DNA from: a virus
Lineage: Duplodnaviria > Caudoviricetes
IMG/VR virus record: IMGVR_UViG_3300037549_000080
Location: 1-59,762 of that record
Direction: 5' to 3' (one strand)
DNA length: 59,762 nucleotides
The notes below the pieces were generated by a model. That model saw only the letters and a list, made by a program, of their open reading frames with translations. It had not been told where the DNA came from and searched no databases. Both the position numbers and the translations under genes were made by a program. This document shows, in pieces, positions 55,341 to 59,762 of the stretch. How positions within the stretch are numbered: the stretch's first letter is position 1; each line of letters opens with the position of its first letter.

Positions 55341-56060
55341 TTACTTGAGCAGCCCGGCCGCCTTGACCTCGGCCACGTACGCCGCATGGTACTTCAGGAC
55401 GTTCTTCGGGTTGGTCCGGTATTTCTTGGTGGCTTCATCTTTCTCGTCGGCAAACCGGGCCACCACACGGGCCGCCACGGCGTCAGCTGTGCCGCCCTTG
55501 ATAACCTCTTCCCAGCAGGCGCGGTCAAAGGCGTTGCTGGGGAAACCGTCACCGGCCGGCTTCGTGGCCTTGGCCGCTTTCGGCGCCTTCGGTTCCACCG
55601 GGGCCACCGTGACTTGCTTGCTCTCGGCCTGCGTCACCGTGCCGTCAACCGCCACCGTGTACAGCCCTTCCACATCGGTGCGGCGGCCGCTCGCCGGCAA
55701 CTCGGCCTCAAGGTGGAACTGAATCGTAAACGGGCGGGTTTCGTTAATCAGGATTGGCTTCAGGCTGCGCACCGGCAAGGTGCTGGTCTTGCCGTCAGTG
55801 AGGCGGGCTATGGTAAAACAGGCGGCACTGCGCGGGGCGGTGATGCTGGGCGTGAAGTGCTTCACCGGGGCGGCCGGGGCTTTGGTTGAAAGGTCCTGCA
55901 CCGGCTGCGCCGTGGGCGTCACGTTCTTCAGGCTGCGGCTCGGGGCCGGGCGGCTGTCGTACGCTCCGGGCACCGGGGCCGTGACCGGCGTGGCGGGGCG
56001 TGCCTTGCGGGTGTTCAAAGTTTCGTTTTTGGTGGTCTTGCTGGCTTTGGTCGTTTTCAT
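55341..56060 (-). CDS. Lys/Ala/Pro-rich hypothetical protein
   Basis: First gene after cassette 1. Confidence 0.7.
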   Translation of the reverse strand: MKTTKASKTTKNETLNTRKARPATPVTAPVPGAYDSRPAPSRSLKNVTPTAQPVQDLSTKAPAAPVKHFTPSITAPRSAACFTIARLTDGKTSTLPVRSLKPILINETRPFTIQFHLEAELPASGRRTDVEGLYTVAVDGTVTQAESKQVTVAPVEPKAPKAAKATKPAGDGFPSNAFDRACWEEVIKGGTADAVAARVVARFADEKDEATKKYRTNPKNVLKYHAAYVAEVKAAGLLK

Positions 56061-56173
56061 TTTAGTTGTTCGTTGTTAGTTGTTGCTGGCCGGGCCGCAA
56101 CATGCTGCCCGCTACCAACACTGATACTATGCAGCCTATCCGCTGCATTTGCAAGATTTATTTTGAACTTTTT
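56061..56173 (-). promoter_or_regulatory. Early promoter-operator-hairpin-leader cassette 1
   Basis: TTGCAA-ATGCAGCGGATAGGCTG-CATAGT, stem, CAACAACTAACAACGAACAACTAAA-ATG. Confidence 0.85.
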
Positions 56174-56196
56174 CAGGCCGCCTTGGCCGACTGTGT

Positions 56197-56489
56197 TTAT
56201 GCGGCTGCGGTAACTGTGCCGCAGCGGGGCGGGCTGGGCGTGAAACTGCGACCCATGCCCGAGGTTGCACCGGATGGCGCCGGGGCACCAGCTTGGTAAT
56301 GTATGCCGCCGCATTTCTTGCACTCCACATCGGGCCAATCGGATAGTTTGACGGGTGGTTCATTTCAATGAACTTGCTGGCCGCCTTCTTATCAGGGAAC
56401 GATGGCAGGTTTTCAAACAGGCATATCTTCGGCGCACCGGGCCAGCGCGGCTTGGTTTCAAATTTCAACTTGGAATTGAAGTCTATCAT
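56197..56489 (-). pseudogene. Small Zn-ribbon gene with apparent 1-bp deletion at about 56325
   Basis: PMW followed by ECKKCGGIH only in the -1 frame. Confidence 0.5.
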
Positions 56490-56989
56490 AAAATGTCCAG
56501 ATGGTACGGCAGCACGGCGAGGAAGTCCCAAAATAGGAATCCGTTGCCGGCCGGTACCTTGAGGCCGTCATCAAACACCAGCGACTTCCGTTCTTCCATG
56601 CCGGCCGCAATCATGCACTCAAAAAAAATGCGCACCTGAAAATTGTATTCCCACAGCAGGAACGCCGCTGCGTGATGCCGCCGCCACTCGCTCAGCGCCT
56701 CGCGTTGCCGGCGGTGGAACCCGTTTTTCTCGCCGCAGTGCAGGGTCGGCTCGCTGGTTGACTTCAGTTCGAAGTGGCAGGCCCGGCCGCCGTGCTGACA
56801 CAGCACGCCGCAGAAGTCGAGAAACGGGTTTTCCAAAAATATCACTTTGCGGTTTGGTCCCCAGCCTATCACCCGCACCGGCGGCTCAACCTTTTGAAAA
56901 TATCCATGGCCTTGCTCGGCGTATATCTGGCAGTGACGCACGATGTCTTTTTCAAAGCTGCGGCCGTCATTGGCTTGGTTGCTGGTCAC
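56486..56989 (-). CDS. RecU-like Holliday junction resolvase
   Basis: N.GRSFE...KVEPP...LDFCG...FELKST...Q...L. Confidence 0.8.
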   Translation of the reverse strand: MTSNQANDGRSFEKDIVRHCQIYAEQGHGYFQKVEPPVRVIGWGPNRKVIFLENPFLDFCGVLCQHGGRACHFELKSTSEPTLHCGEKNGFHRRQREALSEWRRHHAAAFLLWEYNFQVRIFFECMIAAGMEERKSLVFDDGLKVPAGNGFLFWDFLAVLPYHLDIL

Positions 56990-57369
56990 AGCAACCCTCC
57001 TTGCTTCAGCTGGCCGGGTGGCTGGTACTTGACACCGTTGCGCTCAAGGAACGTCTGCGCCCGGGTCAGGCTGGTCAACCGGTACGCGAACACCGTGCGA
57101 CCACGGGCACCATCGGCCTCGCTGCGGCGGAAGCTGGTGGTGTGTTCAATGACCTTGGCTTTTGCCAGCAGCCGCCACGCGCTGCCCACACAGTTCTTGT
57201 CGCTGTCAGCCACGCCGGCGAGGTTAACCTTATCCGGCCACACGTGCAGCGGGTGCAGCGCCACGGCCGCTGTCACGATGTCACAGGCGACGTTCCGGAT
57301 TACGCTCGGCTTCCAGGTCAACTGCGCCAGCGCCACTTCGTTCAGATGTTCATCTGTTTGGTCACTCAT
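56986..57369 (-). CDS. Hypothetical protein
   Basis: AC-rich leader then ATG; overlaps next start. Confidence 0.65.
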   Translation of the reverse strand: MSDQTDEHLNEVALAQLTWKPSVIRNVACDIVTAAVALHPLHVWPDKVNLAGVADSDKNCVGSAWRLLAKAKVIEHTTSFRRSEADGARGRTVFAYRLTSLTRAQTFLERNGVKYQPPGQLKQGGLL

Positions 57370-57419
57370 ATCGTTGTTAGTTGTTCACCCGGCCACTGTG
57401 CAGCCGGCCGCCCAGATAA

Positions 57420-57941
57420 TCAAGATTGTTTTGGTGGCTGCACGTTCCACTGACCGGGGTCGCACAGCCACCCGAACCGTCGCGCCACCTTCGGGAACAT
57501 GTGGACAACCCGGTGCCCGAACCGGCTCATGAATATCCACCACGGTTTGTAATTCAGCAGCCGGCCGCGCCTCCCGTGGCTGTGATGGACTTCTTCCAGC
57601 CGGTTGCTGCGGCGGTTGCCGGTCCACGGCACAATCAGCGCAGCCTGCATTTCCGGCGGCAGCTGGTCAAAGGCAGCCAGCACCGGGCAGGTTTCGCCAC
57701 GCTTGCGGGCGGCATCAACGTCAGCTTTTGATTCTTTACGGTACAGCGTTCGGTCCGCGGCGGTTTCCTGCTCCACCCGCTTGTCAACTTTCTCTGGAAA
57801 TGCGGTATGCCATAGGGCACGGCGCGGGGCTGATTTGGGCCGCCTTGCCACTTTTCCCGCACTTTTAGCCTCCGCAGGTGCCTTGGCCGCCTGTATCTGC
57901 TTCCACAGGGCCGGTGGCCGGGGTGTTTTGCGGGCAATCAT
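57420..57941 (-). CDS. Degenerate HNH-like protein
   Basis: CPV...EVHHSHGR...L....W...SR.GH..VH..P..AR..GWL. Confidence 0.55.
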   Translation of the reverse strand: MIARKTPRPPALWKQIQAAKAPAEAKSAGKVARRPKSAPRRALWHTAFPEKVDKRVEQETAADRTLYRKESKADVDAARKRGETCPVLAAFDQLPPEMQAALIVPWTGNRRSNRLEEVHHSHGRRGRLLNYKPWWIFMSRFGHRVVHMFPKVARRFGWLCDPGQWNVQPPKQS

Positions 57942-58270
57942 TCTTTCGCCGCCTCCCAGCGCACTTCCTCCCGGCGCTTGTACTCCGCAAACCAGTGGAA
58001 CGCCACAATCAAATGCCAGCACCGGCGCTCCGGGCTGTAGCCTTCGCTGGCCTTGCTGCCGTTGAGGTATGGCTGATGCCGGGTTTCAAAGTCGCGGCAG
58101 CCGCACTGGCCCGTGCCGTCATACTCGTCCAAGTCAACCAGATACAGGTTGTCTGTGCTGCGGCTGGGCACGTGCAGCCGGCGGTGACTGTCATACTCTT
58201 TCACCCGGCCGATTGCCTGCACCAGCGTGATGCCGGGGCGCCGGGGCAGCTTGGCGGTTTTTGGATTCAC
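57938..58270 (-). CDS. SWIM-type zinc finger protein
   Basis: YLVDL...CGCRDF...RCWHL. Confidence 0.7.
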   Translation of the reverse strand: MNPKTAKLPRRPGITLVQAIGRVKEYDSHRRLHVPSRSTDNLYLVDLDEYDGTGQCGCRDFETRHQPYLNGSKASEGYSPERRCWHLIVAFHWFAEYKRREEVRWEAAKE

Positions 58271-58298
58271 AATTTATACTTTGGGCGGTTGTTTCTGC

Positions 58299-59093
58299 TT
58301 AGTGCAGATTCAGCCATACAAAGGTGGTGTCGCTTTTTGTCAGGCACCGCACAGCGCGGCCTTTGATTGCGTTATTTAAGGCATGTAAACAATGTGGTGG
58401 CTCTTTCGGGTGAATATAATCGTGCAGGCCGATTGCGATGAGGCCGATGCGGTCAATCCATTGGTGGGAATTTTCAAGGACTTGCCGCTCTGCACCTTCA
58501 ATGTCCATTTTCAAAATATCAATGGTTTCAAGTCTGTATTCTTTAAGCAGGCTGCCGATTGAAACTGTTTTAGTATCTCCGGTTTTTTGTGGCTCAAAGG
58601 CGAATCCAGCATGACAGCCATCCTCTTTTATTCCCATCCTACCCCCTGAATACCACCACAGCGCAGCCTTGACCGGTTTTATGTTTTGGTAGGGTGCGCT
58701 ATTCCTCAAAAGCATTTCATAATTTGACTGCTCCGGTTCAATGGCGATTATCAGCGCATCTGGATACCGGTTCGCGTAATAAACCGATGTGCAGCCGATG
58801 TTAGCTCCGGCGTCAACGATGACCTTCGGCTCGCTGGCCAGATCGCACTTGTATTCCTCGTCAAGCAGGATTTCCTGAACCACCCACATATCGGTCGTTC
58901 CGGCGCGAACACGGACTGGATGTTTAATTCCGCGAACCTTGATGAGGCTGATTTGGCTCTGGGTGATGTTTAGCGCGTGCTTTACTTTCTTAGCCACTAT
59001 GCCTATCGGGATGTGGAGTAAGAATCTAGCAATGCCGCTTAGGCCGATTTGGCGGTAGTAGTGCGGTAATCTGCGTAGTGTTTTGGTAGTCAT
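58299..59093 (-). CDS. FkbM-family methyltransferase
   Basis: IVDAGANIG, IAIEP, IDILKMDIEGAE; visibly more AT-rich than its neighbours. Confidence 0.9.
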   Translation of the reverse strand: MTTKTLRRLPHYYRQIGLSGIARFLLHIPIGIVAKKVKHALNITQSQISLIKVRGIKHPVRVRAGTTDMWVVQEILLDEEYKCDLASEPKVIVDAGANIGCTSVYYANRYPDALIIAIEPEQSNYEMLLRNSAPYQNIKPVKAALWWYSGGRMGIKEDGCHAGFAFEPQKTGDTKTVSIGSLLKEYRLETIDILKMDIEGAERQVLENSHQWIDRIGLIAIGLHDYIHPKEPPHCLHALNNAIKGRAVRCLTKSDTTFVWLNLH

Positions 59094-59124
59094 ATTATTT
59101 ATTTATTTTCCGTTCCGCAGTTGT

Positions 59125-59154
59125 TCGGCGGTGGCTCAGCTTTTTTCGTTAGGC
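59125..59154 (+). mobile_element. Truncated attC site (right arm and R' core GTTAGGC)
   Basis: 28-nt identity to 59427-59454. Confidence 0.75.
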
Positions 59155-59450
59155 CACTTACAGACGTTCATTTGATGGTTTGATTTTGCCGTTATGTTTA
59201 TCGCGCTCAAAACGACGGATTGCTTTTCGGATTTGTTCCGGCGAGTCATGGCGTCCGGTCAGGATGTCACGAGTCATGGCCGTGGTTCGGTCGTGAATCA
59301 TTGCCTCGGTTTTAGATGAGAGTTTTTTCATTTTATGTTTGTAAATTGTCGCCAGTGGCCTAACCAGTCGCCGGAGCCAACCGCCGTTGGCGCGGTCAGT
59401 TCCGCTGTCGCGGTTCACGTCACGAGTCGGCGGTGGCTCAGCTTTTTTCG
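59149..59450 (+). mobile_element. Integron-type gene cassette (302 bp) with an antisense ORF
   Basis: Begins G/TTAGGCCACT; its attC begins AGTGGCCTAAC (perfect 11-nt complement). Confidence 0.75.
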
Positions 59451-59487
59451 TTAGCAGGCTCTGCGTTGGTGTCGGTGTGGTGTTCAT
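59158..59487 (-). CDS. Hypothetical protein reading through the antisense attC (internal start MKKLSS at about 59331)
   Basis: ATGA-coupled to the DUF6745-like stop; the attC translates as PPPTRDVNRDSGTDRANGGWLRRLVRP. Confidence 0.55.
   Translation of the reverse strand: MNTTPTPTQSLLTKKAEPPPTRDVNRDSGTDRANGGWLRRLVRPLATIYKHKMKKLSSKTEAMIHDRTTAMTRDILTGRHDSPEQIRKAIRRFERDKHNGKIKPSNERL
59358..59456 (+). mobile_element. attC site (99 bp)
   Basis: GCCTAAC-N5-GCCGGAGCCAACCGCCG...CGGCGGTGGCTCAGC-N-GTTAGCA imperfect palindrome with unpaired bases. Confidence 0.8.
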
Positions 59488-59635
59488 GTCAGTATCTCCG
59501 CATTCTCATGCCAGTTTGAGTTGCGCCAATTCAACGCCTCGGTAATGGTCTTGATCTCTGGTGCGACTCCCTCAAGGTGAAAGCAGCCGACTGATGGGTT
59601 GACCATTTTCAGGTAGCGGGCGTCCTTCACCTGCT
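59484..59635 (-). CDS. DUF6745-like protein, 3' part (joins 1-1294)
   Basis: RYLKMVNPSVGCFHLEGV.P...T..EALNWR C-terminus, in frame across the junction. Confidence 0.85.
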
Positions 59636-59762
59636 CGTCTAAGTTGATGCTTAATAATTCGTAGCCGTCGCGCTTCTCCATCACCTTATGCGGCATCTGC
59701 GCCAACATCCGGTCAATGCCAACCTTGCGGATTAACTCGCGGCGACGGTCAGCATTGGTTTC
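59636..59762. repeat. Terminal direct repeat, copy 2
   Basis: Identical to 1-127. Confidence 0.95.

Noticed and set aside
59636-59762. Biological direct terminal repeat
   Set aside because: 127 nt matches a common assembler k-mer overlap and falls in the middle of a gene

Overview
This window is a complete, circularly assembled tailed dsDNA phage genome of about 59,635 bp. Bases 1-127 are repeated at 59636-59762, which looks like an assembler overlap. Essentially every credible gene is on the minus strand. The DnaB and SSB sequences, a secreted-protein C-terminal motif and the attC style suggest a Verrucomicrobiota (Pedosphaera-like) host; this is inference from recalled sequence style, not a search. 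Modules in transcription order: (i) an early/accessory region with RecU-like resolvase, DUF4942-type methylase, RadC/JAB, SNF2-like helicase and WGR-ligase, driven by four repeated promoter-operator-hairpin cassettes; (ii) a translationally coupled putative DNA-modification operon (mini-methylase, saccharopine-dehydrogenase-family enzyme, IbrA, IbrB, ParB); (iii) terminase and a Mu-like head (DUF935 portal, protease, capsid, MuF with cargo domains); (iv) a siphovirus-like tail; (v) a lysis-position cassette with holins, a beta-barrel and a patatin but no endolysin; (vi) replication genes (SSB, Rad50-like ATPase, UvrD, lambda-O-like initiator with iterons, DnaB). A DUF6745-like gene with 51 x 12-bp repeats crosses the contig ends and is missing from the ORF track. 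No integrase was seen. The most striking observations are: morphogenesis-region proteins with Sec signal peptides and strong Thr-Asn enrichment; an integron-type attC gene cassette inside an integrase-less phage; and the saccharopine-dehydrogenase-containing modification operon. All functional calls are by eye from motifs and synteny.
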